Shown here: positions 51,290 to 63,009 of the stretch, piece after piece
Layout of the letters: every line of letters starts with the position of its first letter
How positions within the stretch are numbered: the first letter of the stretch is position 1
Assembly: GCF_006345805.1 (NCBI RefSeq)
Contig: NC_042997.1
Span: 4,836,001-4,900,000, forward strand
Reading direction: 5' to 3'
Length of the DNA stretch: 64,000 nucleotides
DNA from: Octopus sinensis
Taxonomy: Eukaryota
The notes under the pieces: model-generated
Databases searched by the model: none
What the model was told of the DNA's origin: nothing
What the model saw: only the letters and a program-made list of their open reading frames with translations
Translations under genes and position numbers: made by a program

Positions 51290-51444
51290 CTTTATTTTAA
51301 GCAGCAGAAAATTCAACAAAATCTGTTACTCTGAGTTTCTCGTTGCCGTTCATCAGACAGATTCTAGCAAAAACTGTCTGATGAACGGCAACGAGAAACT
51401 CAGAGTAACAGATTTTGTTGAATTTTCTGCTGCTTAAAATAAAG
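51290..51444. mobile_element. 155-bp perfect hairpin (71-bp arms, 13-nt loop), each arm containing a minimal hammerhead motif
   Basis: 51290-51360 is the exact reverse complement of 51374-51444. The left end abuts a long (TA)n. Confidence 0.9.
51374..51411 (+). ncRNA. minimal hammerhead motif, family C (mirror copy at 51323-51360, - strand)
   Basis: CUGU-CUGAUGA-A-CG(GCAA)CG-A-GAAACU(CAG)A-GUA-ACAG. Helix I CUGU/ACAG is perfect. Helix II is atypical: 2 bp plus a GNRA loop, closed by A/A. Confidence 0.68.
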
Positions 51445-51513
51445 CATATTTCTCTACCACTGGTATTTGAGTACTCTTTTTTCCACCTTGTTTCACATTT
51501 ATGTGTTTACTCC

Positions 51514-51585
<72 letters not shown>

Positions 51586-51683
51586 TAATACAAACATGAA
51601 AACACAAAGACAAAACACAACAACGCGAGGACGTGGAACAAATATAGTATTATTGGACGCTCAGGAGGGAGGGAAGAAGGAGG

Positions 51684-51718
51684 GCTTAACGTTTCGAGCG
51701 GAGCTCTTCGTCAGAAGC
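51684..51718 (-). ncRNA. minimal hammerhead motif, family D
   Basis: The - strand reads GCUU-CUGACGA-A-GAGC(UCC)GCUC-GAAAC-GUU-AAGC. Helices I and II are perfect, helix III is the palindrome ACGU, and there is an extra A after A9. Confidence 0.75.
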
Positions 51719-51984
51719 ATAGTAAAAAAAGAAAGATCCAGAGAAGGGAAGACGGAGGGAAAAAAATCGCTAACGGTACACACGCTGTCACATTTTGAAT
51801 GTATATATATATATAATGGATAATAAAACGAATAAATTACACCTGATAGGTTACTGTCAAAGCACACTCTCTTGCCGTCGTTAATAATACCTTTTCCGAT
51901 ATTCCATCTTCTGTCTTTCATTATATCTTCTACATGTTTCACACTTGTGACTATGACGATTTTGGGCTGCCAACCGGCACAGTT

Positions 51985-52354
51985 TTTTTTCAGTCGAATG
52001 AATCGACCCTAGTATTTACACTTTGTTAAGCATGTTCTATTGCCGTCTTTTCCGAGCTGTTACGTTAAAGGGACGTAAACTCACCAACATCGGTTGCTAA
52101 GCTGTTGCGCGGTACAAATACAGGTACAATGATACACACGCGCGCGCACATACACGCACACACACATTCACACATATATGTATTCATATACTTACATATA
52201 TTTGAAGGGATACTTTGAGTTTCTGTCTACCAAACCGACTCACAAGTCTTTGGTCGTTCCGTGGCTATAGTAGAAACGTTCGCCCACGATGCACGTGGGA
52301 CTGACTGAACCTGGAATCATGTGACTAGGAAGCAAGTTTCTTGCCACGCAGCCA
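51985..52354 (-). mobile_element. older copy of the tRNA-derived SINE
   Basis: Degenerate match to the reverse complement of 22273-22684 in head, body and tail. Confidence 0.75.
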
Positions 52355-52599
52355 TATATGTGTGTTTGTGTGTGTGTTCGTGAATGTGTGTCTATGTGCG
52401 TATGTACCGGTACGTACCTGTGTGCATGTTTGTATATATGTGGTGGTATCAACATTCCCAGGCTTGTCCTGTAGCGGGCCAACAAATGGAAGCACATGTT
52501 TGGGGAGTCAAGAACGTTAGCAGTGCCTTATGTGAAGCAGTGTAACATTGCAAATTGTGAAATTCGTGTTTCTGTGATCACGTGTATGGTGTAGGCTGC

Positions 52600-53150
52600 G
52601 ATTGTCTCTTGGACAGGAGTAAAGAGCCAACGGGAAATTATGCATTACGGAATTGCTACAGGCACTGAGCATACTTCGGGAAACTTACGACTACAAAGCA
52701 ATGTGTCGCACGCCATATTTAGAGTGGTACGGTCACTTCAAGAGCGGAAGAACGTCCCTGGAAGATGATCAATGGTCTGGAAGACCTGTGTCATTCCCGG
52801 AAATGTAGTATTGTGCATCACGATTTTGTCCCTCCGTGCTATCCCGTCGATCGAGAGTTCTACTGCGACATTTCGAAGGGATTGTGGGAGGGTATATGGC
52901 GAAAGCGACCGGATCTGTGGAACGCAAAGTATTGGATTTGTCATGACGACAATGCACCCTGTCACCGGGCTCTCTTCATTCATGAGTTTCACGCAAAAAA
53001 ACAACATGTTGTCGCTTCTGCACCCACCCTGTCCACCAGATTCACCAAGATTCACCAACTTCCATCTCTTCCCCAAGATGAAAATGCAGGTCAGTGGTCA
53101 CCATTCGAACTCCACTGTCGACATCCGGACAGAATAGTAGAAGGTCCTCG
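52600..53150 (+). mobile_element. internally deleted mariner transposase
   Basis: HTH region ending FKSGRTSLEDDQWSGRP, joined directly to VHHDFVP...FYCDI...IWRKRPDLW...CHDDNAPCHRA, then HPPCPPD...FHLFPKMK. Confidence 0.85.
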
Positions 53151-54330
53151 TGTCGCTAATGGATAACGATTCCCAGGCCAGATTCCAAATGTGTCAAGAA
53201 CACTGGTTCGGGTGTATTGCTGCGCATGGTATTGCGAAGATTGTAAATACATACATACCACCTCGTATGTATGTATGTATGTATGTATGTATGTATGTAT
53301 GTATGTATGTATATTGTTTGTATGTATGTATGTATGTATGTATTATATATGCACACGTGTAAGTAAAGAAATAGAAGGAAAGGGGACTACTTCAATATGC
53401 TGAGTTAGTTATTACGTTCCAAACTAAAATAAGAAATATTTTTTTCCTTCAATATCCATTAGCATTTTCTGCGTTTTTATAAAGTATGTTCTTTTTGGGC
53501 ATTTAATATAAAATTTACACTGAATTATCTAAGTAGTATATCAAGTTAGGCTAGGTTTAGCTTGAATGATATCTTCACATGCTACAACGATTATGCATTA
53601 TGTGGAGAGTGAAAATGAGAATTGTTCTTGGTATCCCATATACTTGCGCATGTGGATTACGGAATATTATATAGTTCAAGTAAACTAAATAGTTTTTGAT
53701 ATGCAGCAAGTTAAATGTCTGTACGATAAATAAGGGTAAAACTGCTCTTGATGTTGCAAGAACATCGTTAATCTATCGACAAGTTCGTTACAAGCAGTTT
53801 ACCCGTATACTGTGGAACACACCCCTGATGAACTTAAAAATTGCAACATTCCCGCCGCTTTATATGTTTCCGGTAAACCAGCTTTCGTCTTAATTTTTTT
53901 TTCTAGACGGCACTACTCTGAAATTTTATACTTAATCTGTGAATGTCTTTCAAGAAAATTACTACAAATTTTCCATTAAGTAAGAAACTTGTACATAAGT
54001 AGAGTCAGTAGAACATTATTCTTGAATACCACATCCAGTAAAATATAGGATATATAGTATATATAACGCCGTAAAGAAATATTTATACTTATATCAGTAA
54101 CGTAAATAGCGACTTTTATTCCACAATCAAAAGCTATTGTACAATGAAATTATTCCTTCTAAAGGCTATATTAAAAATTGGATTATTTCTAGCAGTAAGT
54201 ACCAACATTAATATCATAAACCTATCCTGTTTTTATAAACAAACGCATTTCGAACGTTTAGAATGATTTTCCCCCACTAGGCAGATATCTATATTTCAAA
54301 TTTCACTCGTCATTGTATTATAAACCTTTT

Positions 54331-55290
54331 AGATGGCGAACCGATAGTATAGTCCACGAATCGGACAAACTGCTTAGCAGCTTCTTTCCAGTTCCTTACC
54401 TTCTGAGTTCAAATTTCATCAAATATGCTTTGATCATACAGCATCCCAGCTTGATAAAATAACTACCATTACAGGCTGCAGTCGTTGTAAGCGACTTATG
54501 GCCAATTCTTAAACTACTAGACTTATACAAAAGTTTGAAATTTTAATATATTTCCTTTATTCGTGAAAAATACATTTACATGATCATTTGATAATTGTTT
54601 CAAGCATGTGAAGAAGTAATTTTCACCCTTTGAAGAAATGAATCGCTATTAATATTGGTTTCAAATTTCGTCCCCAGTAATTTTAGAGATGGGATTACTC
54701 AATTATATCGGCACTAGTGCTTAACTGGTACTTATTTTATAGAATGAAAAGGGTTAAGAAGCAAAGTCCACCATGGTGGAATTTGAACTTAGAACAAGAC
54801 ACATGAAATGCCGCTAAACCTTTTGCCCGGGGTGCTAACAACTTTGCTAGCTCTCAGCTCTAATGCTGTTACATATTGTTTCAAAACTGGGTGAAGGATC
54901 AGCAAATTTCAAATGGGGATGAATCGATTACAACAACCCCAGTGTTCAACGGGAATTTATTTCACCGACTCCACAAGCATGAGAGGCAAAGTCGAAATCG
55001 GTGGAATTTAGACGGACAACGTAAACACGGACGAAATGCTGTCAAGCATTATATTCGCCGCATTATATTCGCCGTGTTATCGATTCAGCTACCTAGCTAC
55101 TACATATTAGGACCAAAGTAACACGTTTCTATTATTACCATTTACTTCAGTTAGGTATGTGAGAGAACCGTTAGCACATCGGAAAAAATGCGCAGCGGTA
55201 TTTTGATGTCTTCAATTTTGAACTGAAACTCCATCAAGAACGTTTCTGCTTTCAATTTTATTCGGAGTCGATATTACACCTAGTGGTGTG
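54331..55290. mobile_element. cluster of four decayed copies of the second SINE family (+, -, -, +)
   Basis: Recurrent TTCTGAGTTCAAAT / AATTTGAAC, GGCAAAGTC and GTTAGCAC motifs at about 54331-54505, 54650-54865, 54890-55110 and 55155-55290. Confidence 0.6.
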
Positions 55291-56091
55291 GATGTTTGGA
55301 CCGATGGCTCAGTTATCTCTCCAGAAGGATTTAGCTTGAAAATAGGTACGGGATACAGATTCTAAGGTTAGTTACAATAATTCGGTGCACATATATAATT
55401 TTCTTTTTAATTGCTGCCTGCTAGATATAGCTTATGTTGATTTACATAAGCTACTCAATGTCATTACTAAAACATAGATTAATATATTTGAGGGAGAAAA
55501 TATGTGGCATTAAAAACTATAAAAGCATTAAATTCATATCATAGTGATACAATTTTCCAGTTTCAAGTACCGAAAATCTTGGTGCAGTGTATGTGTCGTT
55601 TGCATAAATATTGCTGTATTTAGATATATATTTGGACATTTATAACTAGCCGTTTAAGTACACATATATATGCAATGATACAAAGACACAGAAGCATATA
55701 AATACACACATACACACACACACACACACACGTTCTGTTACGTTCACAAATACCAAAAGAAATTGAAGTACGCCTAAACATATATTCACAAGCAGTCGCT
55801 CACATTCACACACGCAACAAACGAGCTTGCGCACACTGGTTCGGCTGGTTTGATGTTATTATCCCCCTTTCACTCAGCCTCTTTCTTCCGGCTATTTCAT
55901 CATGTTGAACCGTTGAACTCTTCGTACTTTTCCTTCTTTCTCCATTTCTTTTCCTCTCAATATTTTCTGCCGAAGAGCGTATGCTCGAAGCGTCAAAGAT
56001 TTGCTCATTCTTCCAGAGCGTTAGTTTGATATTGATTGTTATTCCCACACCTTTCGTCAGATATTGTTTTCTGTGAATTTGAGGTATATAT

Positions 56092-56153
<62 letters not shown>

Positions 56154-57478
56154 CTATGTGTGTGTGTGTGTGTGCGCGCGCGCGCGTGCGCACGTTTGTG
56201 TATTTAGGTTGTTAGATGTGTAGCTTCCTTATCATAAGCGGCAGAATGAATTTTGCGTGTGAATAGTTATTTGTGTATGCACTCTGTTGAAGTCTGTTGT
56301 GTCTTGGTTTGTAATACGTACATACACCCCCACCCCACCCACACATATACGTTATGTTTAGAATTCCTGTATCTATAGGAGTTTTTTAAATATAGTATCC
56401 AAATCTTGCCTTGGGTATGAACCTAGTAGTTTACATTGAGAGCACGTTTATTACATACAGATATCATGCATAATCTGTGATATTGCAATCGTGGGTTCTA
56501 TGCAAGGAATTCATCGGTTGACGTTTAGCATATTTTAAATAATTGGTATGTAAGACAGTGTCCTGCAAGCTTTCTTCAGCGCGATGATCGTTTCGGCTTA
56601 CAGTACAACTCTGTCTTCCCTATCATTTGTCTGCTCTAGTCCCATCTATTGAACATGTATTCCTTTTCTATTATCTCCTCTTGTCCAATCATGTTTACAT
56701 GTATTCTTTCGACAAATATAATTTCCAGAAGAGGCTGCTCTTTTCCGTTTACTAGATTGCTTGTTTTGTGGTTCATCATTGCATGTATTTCTGCGAGAGA
56801 ATCCGCTTTCAAAATATAGATTGGGTCCATTCACCAAATATTTGAAATTGTTGCTACATATTCTACACATACACATAAAAACACGCACACACGCACACGC
56901 ACACGCAGACACACAAACTTGTGTGTGGTGTTTGTGTGTGTTTGTTTGTGTGTGTTTGTGTGTGTGCGTGTGGTTTTATGCTTACGTATGTTAGTTTTAA
57001 AATTTACCAATATTTTGCAATTGTAAATATATTGTAACAAATGCTGGTAGATGGAAAAAGTGAGGTAAATTAACAGATATATATTTTTTAGTATTTAAAT
57101 TGTTTGCACAAATTTCAAGACAATGGCAATGCGCTTTTATTTTAAGTACTTTCTCTGATTTTCATCCCAAATTATCGAGAGGAAAATTCGCCAGGGATAG
57201 AATGTCCTAGAAATTGTGGTGACTTAACAAATGTCATACCAATGCAAACATTCAGGGCTGTGCTAATGTCTCCTTTTTGTGACCCTATCCCTTGCTCACT
57301 TTCTCCCAGGTGTTTTGGAGACACTGCAAATTTTCATTTACATTATCCTCCTTTGTTAAAAAATGTAAAACAAAAATTAAAAATAAAATCTATGTTCTGA
57401 GTTTTAAACGTAATGCATGGATATTAATCTACTGCATTCTTCGTCTGTTATTAAACCCAAATTTTCGTTTATTGTTAG

Positions 57479-57569
57479 GACTGGAGTGATACTATGGCGG
57501 AATTAGCTTTGAAGTGGGCCAAGCAGTGTAGGTTCGACCACGACACTTTCAATGCAAGAATAATTAGAG
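57479..57569 (+). CDS. CAP-superfamily protein, internal exon
   Basis: ttag| acceptor and |gtaagt donor; 91 nt, phase 0-1. DWSDTMAELALKWAKQCRFDHDTFNARIIR matches W...LA..A..WA..C.F.H. Confidence 0.93.
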
Positions 57570-58289
57570 GTAAGTTATTTATAACTAAAATATGAAATGT
57601 ACATTTTATATTTAAGTTGATTATTGTTCTACTTTACTCTGGTTTCATTCCTCGGTCAGTGGCTTTGTAGCTCTACTCATATACCGTGACACATCCATAT
57701 ACACATCGAAAATACGGAGCAGTGTAACTTTTGTTCTTTTCAGATAGTTGAACTCGAAAGGTAAGAAATGTGACAGCCTCGCAGACACACATGGTTGTCA
57801 AGGATTATGACGTAGATGTGAAATACGATCAAGCATATCATACTTCGGAGAGAAAATATATCCAAAAAATATTTTTAATAAACGAAAAAAAATGACAGTA
57901 ATCTAGCATGAGTGAACGTTGAAAATCCTAAGGAATCATTACTGTCTAGGTCGATGAAATGCCATGACAGTCAAATAGTGAGATAAACAAAATCGATTAG
58001 TCTTCTCGTAAATTAGGGTATGTGTCTATATTAGAAACATAAGTATAATCGTTCGAAGGACAGAATATCACTATGCAGTATTCGCTCTGGGTTTTGCTAT
58101 TCTCAGTTTATATTGCGTCAAGGGTAAATTTACCTTTCAAACTTTCAGAGGTGATTAAAGAAGATACCAGGCAAGTAATGGATGCGTTTGATTCTCTCAA
58201 ATCGCACCTTTAAATATTCTTGGTCGTATTCCAATATTTCGTACAGTTGATGATCGAAGTAATTACCGTTGCTGCTATAGTAATAATAA

Positions 58290-58545
58290 TTGCCTCACAT
58301 GGCTTTTGATCTTAACTGACTGGAAGTGTTAACATTTACGTTGTTTTGTCATGGCATAAAAGATGGGAAAATATTCTGCTCAATACCACAGAATAGCTTG
58401 TCACTCGTTTGATCTTAACCACTTTCACATGTCCATTAATGGCTGAAGATAGGTGCATCTTTTATACCAAGACAAAAGAATGTACATGATAGCACGGCCA
58501 ATTTTAGATCAGAACTTATGAGATCCCAGGGCCTGGTAATGCTAT
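58290..58545. mobile_element. rearranged copy of the TAA-tailed element: forward 5' part joined to an inverted 5' part
   Basis: 58290-58450 matches the element on +, and 58455-58545 (ATCTTTTATACCAAGACAAAAG...) matches it on -. AAT/TTA repeats lie on both sides. Confidence 0.7.
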
Positions 58546-58554
58546 TATTATTAC

Positions 58555-58650
<96 letters not shown>

Positions 58651-59059
58651 CATATTACTGTTGTTGTTGTTGTTGTTGTTGTTGCTGTTGTTGTTATTGT
58701 TATTACTATTATTACATTTAAAAAAGATTGACCTAAACCTTCACAAAGATAAACAGTCAAGACGAAGAGCGCAATTCCATTGTAATAGACATATTAGAGG
58801 TTGAACGATATTTGAACAATAGACCTGTCTTTGGTAAATTCAAAATAATATGTGATAAAAATCCAAAATTATAGAAATTTAAATATAAATTATGAACGAG
58901 AGTAACCAGCGTACACACGTTGATGGATTGACATTGTCAGTCTTTAAGTTTCAATTTTATAACAGGCGAAAAGAAAAAAGACAGAAAAAATAGGAAAGAA
59001 AAAAGAAAACAGAATATTTAACAGTTTTTTTTATAAATTACATGATATTCCCCTGTCAT

Positions 59060-59760
59060 CTTGTTCATTCCTCTCGGGCGTGATATTAATAACCCACAAA
59101 AACATTTCTCTTCATGCATTCTGAGAAGTGAAATTGAAGAAGATTCAGAATATTTTCTGAGAATATGCACTTTAAAGTCTTCTTCAAAGTCGCAGCCGTT
59201 TCAAACGAAATGTTCAGCAAGGGCTGTTGAACTACGGTTATTGTGCTTGACGTCGAATCTGTGCCCATTAAAACTTTTGTTTAATTGTTCTGTTGTACAA
59301 CCAACATAAATCAAATTGTGTTCGCGCATTCTGCAGCGTACACCAAATGGGAATCTCTAGATGTCCCACCTTTTGTATAAATCCTAAGAATTCTGTTATC
59401 ATTCCTGGTGGAATTAACTTGACTCATGTTGTTGCAAAATGAACAGAGATTACCTCTCTTGCGACTGTTTCTAAAGGTACAGTGGGAAGATACCTCAATG
59501 TTCGTTTTCTTGGAGTCTGAAATAGAGGTCAATAATTCTCTTATATTCTTATTCTGTCTAAATGTTACAATAGGCGGCTGAGGAAATATATCACTGCAAC
59601 GAGGATATTTTTTCGCCATATGCTGTTAACATTCAAGTAACACTTTTGAAATGCCTGCGAAATTTCGGTGCTAGTTTATCACTAAATGAATTTTGTGATC
59701 TATTGTATTGTTTTCTAAAATTATGCTTGAATGCTTGATGTTCATACCATTAAGCAGGAG
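59060..59760 (-). mobile_element. decayed PLE of a different lineage (linker plus GIY-YIG endonuclease)
   Basis: IFPQPPIVTFRQNKNIRELL, LCSFC, SHLVYAAEC, then after a frameshift HNLIYVGCTTEQLNKSFNGHRFD. Confidence 0.75.
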
Positions 59761-60469
59761 TCCTGATTTTGATGTATTTATATATGATTCAATATAAATA
59801 CTATCCTACGCCATAGTGGCAATATTGCCATCCGTTTGGTGGCTGTAATGGACATTCCGAGACGAGATGTTCTACTGTGTTGTCATATTTATCACAGAAT
59901 CTGCATTTAGGGTCAGAGTCATTTTGAAGAAAGTTAGCCTGATAATTTTGGTATTCAGCTGCCAAATATGAGACCTTCTGTCTCAGCTTTCAGTCCTATG
60001 TTTCTCACCCACTGAAGTGTTGTTGCTTGGTCTACGTCAACATTTCGGTTTCGAAGTGTATACTGTCCATGCAGAGGCTTCTGGCCCCACCGCCCCTTAA
60101 TTTGTTTTTGCCCGTTCTTTTTTTCTGCAATCTGTTTGATCCGTTTTGATTGTTTTGTGGCAGCGGTTCCTGGTTCTTCATTTCAGTTCAAGGTTAATGT
60201 CTTGGAGCATCCTCTGACCAAGTTTGAATACATGAGGCTGATAACATCATAAGACTTGGACGGTAGTTCCTTGAACAACATTCCTTGCCTGATAACCTTA
60301 AAGACATGCCCAAAGACGTTGCACCACGCTAGAGCAACGTATCATAAGAGGAAAGGATGAGCATATATGAGCAGAAAACTATGCATTGATATGTTAGTAG
60401 AAAGCTTAGATGTGATGGTAAGATTTAACATCAAAGCAAGCTATCACGGATCAATAATCAAATTGCTAC

Positions 60470-61140
60470 CTCCCAATTTGAAGGGTAATCGTTTTCAATC
60501 CTGGAACAACATATATCAACCTGATGCACAAAAGTGAGAGAGATGCTGCAAAAGCAGTAAAATGTGATAACCGATGAAGAATCCGTGTAGTCAATACCGA
60601 AGATGTCATCACCAACATAAGCTGTTTTCAAAAAATGTCATCACGCTATTGTCTACCAACGCGACATAATTTAGTTAGAACACTCTATTTGAAATCCGTC
60701 GGAAGAACAAAGAAATAAAAACCCACAGTATGGTAGAAGCCATTACCACTCATAATAAAAAGGAGTATTAGTGAATTGTTACAGTGAAGACCTCAATAAA
60801 ATGTAAGCTCAACAGACCTGATATAAGGATTTGGGATAGAGAAGTCAAACTACGTACAGTTGTGAAAATCAAGTACTCAGTGGATGTTAAGATAAAGCTG
60901 AAGATCGGTGAAAAAGACAATACCTATGACGAACAATTGAGAAACCTGCAGTTAGTCTATCCAGATTACAATTTCAGATTTAATCTTTAATTCTTGGGGC
61001 CCTATAATATGTAATACACTGCCTAAATACCACCTTGAGAAATTAGGCTTCTTAAAACCAGACAGGAGAAAGCTGATTCGAATACTACAGATCCAATCCA
61101 TCACTGGAACTGTAGAAATCTGTAACACTTTACAGAAACT
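60470..61140 (+). mobile_element. decayed RLE-type non-LTR retrotransposon C-terminus
   Basis: Degenerate CCHC knuckle and RHN segment, then KLNRPDIRIWDRE...VVKI...EKDNTY (PD..D RLE). No TAA tail is visible. Confidence 0.6.
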
Positions 61141-61981
61141 TATTTAAATATATATGAGCAAGTCTAGATATGCAAGTATATGCATGAGAATATGTACATA
61201 AAACAAAATATAAAAATTTGCATATCTACATAAATACATGCGTATATACATACATATAAACATATATCCATACATAAACACTTACAAAATACCCTGTTGT
61301 TCATGGGTAAATTCCACTACCGGACCCTTCGATGTAGACTAGAAAACGGCTTTTCTCCATTGGTAAGAAATCTTGAAATATAACTGAGTAACGACATACA
61401 TTTATACACAGGGAAAGGAAGAGAAAGTAAAAGACAGATGTAAGAAAGATAGAGATAAATGGAAGATCATTTTCGTCGATCATTTTGCATATTTCATTTT
61501 ACGTATTTCAAACATATATATCTTTTTATAAAGAAAAAAATGTATTCATTTATATTGCTATTTTGAAAAGGAGTTACACAATTTCTCTCCTTTGTTGTGT
61601 GTAAAAGTATCCCTAACCTCTAATCGCTGATACATCTAATTGTGAATAATACGTATTGTTCACAATAATCACTAATTTTTAAGGAATTAAACAATATTTA
61701 ACTGCCACTTCACACTCAACTGCAAACATATGCATATTCAAAATCACCCAAGAAAACAGTTTTAAAATTGTAGTAGAGGTGTGGGCTTATGTAAGTTTGT
61801 GCATATGTATGTCTGAGGTTGCACCATCCACGTATGGATATATGTCCACATTTTAATGTGTGAAACGCGTATATATTCATCGACAACATGAGGTTCGAAT
61901 GAAACTCTTTTTGTAAGATAAACTGCATACCAAATATAATACAATATAAGTTATGTGTTACCTTATTCTTCTCTTATTAAG

Positions 61982-62121
61982 GGTATAGCGGAGTTGGACA
62001 GAATGTTCTGGGTGCAAACTTTCAACCTTCATGGAACCTGACGGTCAAAAATTGGCATAGTGAGATTGCGGATTACCATTATGGAACAGAAACTGATGCA
62101 ATGGTTGGACATTATACTCAG
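61982..62121 (+). CDS. CAP-superfamily protein, internal exon ending at the CAP/CRISP signature GHYTQ
   Basis: aag| acceptor and |gtaatt donor; 140 nt, phase 1-0, consistent with the previous exon. (G)YSGVGQNVLGANFQPSWNLTVKNWHSEIADYHYGTETDAMVGHYTQ. Confidence 0.95.
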
Positions 62122-62337
62122 GTAATTCTGATATTCTGTTTTGTTATTAATTTTCTATCCATATTTTCCTTTACAATAAAACTTATTGAAATTTGTTCGC
62201 GTTATCTAAAAGACTTTAGTAAACATATCAATAAATTATTTAAAAAAATAGTTACTGTGTCACTTTGTTTCTCTCTGCTATTGATATGTCCCATCCCTAA
62301 CTGACACTAGCAAGGTCTAGTTATCCTTTATTATTTT

Positions 62338-62937
62338 CATTGAAATTAGTGCCCATCATGAAAGTGACACTGGGTTACAATATACGGAGCCTAGTATAGC
62401 CCTTATAACTACCCATCTGGTGAGGGTAAGTCAAGTGCATGCACCAGACACGGCGGTCTCATATCAAGATGAACAGCGCATGTCCTTTCAGATGGGGACC
62501 ACTTAGAATTTACTTCAGGTCGAGTAAACCATCCCACTTAGAAGATCGTTGAAAAAGGTTGTTGAAGGATGTTGAACGAAACAAATATTTTAAAGAGGTA
62601 AAACATTCAAACACATAGCTATGATGGTCACTCGCCACCAGGGACATGCTCAACTGGTTAAGGTCAAACAACTGACATGCAAAATTGTGTTATTTTCTGT
62701 AGAACATATCTAATACCAAGACCTAAATTTGTACCTGTTAAAATTTTCAATTAGTTAAGATGAGACCCCATGAGAGCCAGTGTAAGCTATTATATCATGG
62801 TATTCAAATCTGTGGTATAGAGCAGAATGCATGCTGTAGCACATCTTTTATACAAAGACAAATTATGTATATAACACTTCTAAGCAGTTAAGATCAGAAT
62901 CGATGACAGCCAATATTTCGTAATGTATCAGGGCATT
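62338..62937 (-). mobile_element. older copy of the TAA-tailed non-coding element
   Basis: Aligns with 3190-3748 (AAAGTGACACTGGG, CATATCAAGAT, GGATGTTGAACGAA, GGGACATGCTCAACTGG, ATCAGGGCATT). Part of its 5' region is duplicated. Confidence 0.75.
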
Positions 62938-63009
62938 ATCATCATCAACATCATTATAGAAGCAAAGCTCAAGTTTAGTCATTTTCCTGGCAGGATTCAC
63001 ATTTTCGGC

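Noticed and set aside
51850-51960. Half hammerhead on the - strand (GAAAC-AU-GUA-GAAG) followed by a tail into (TA)n
   Set aside because: The 5' core is missing, possibly removed at the neighbouring SINE, so it was not counted as a ribozyme.
56530-56830. Possible RTE 3' end on the - strand
   Set aside because: Similarity is too faint to support.
58900-58960. CUGACAA...UCAAC-GUGU-GUA downstream of the second PLE
   Set aside because: Both core halves deviate and helix I does not form. At best a decayed motif.
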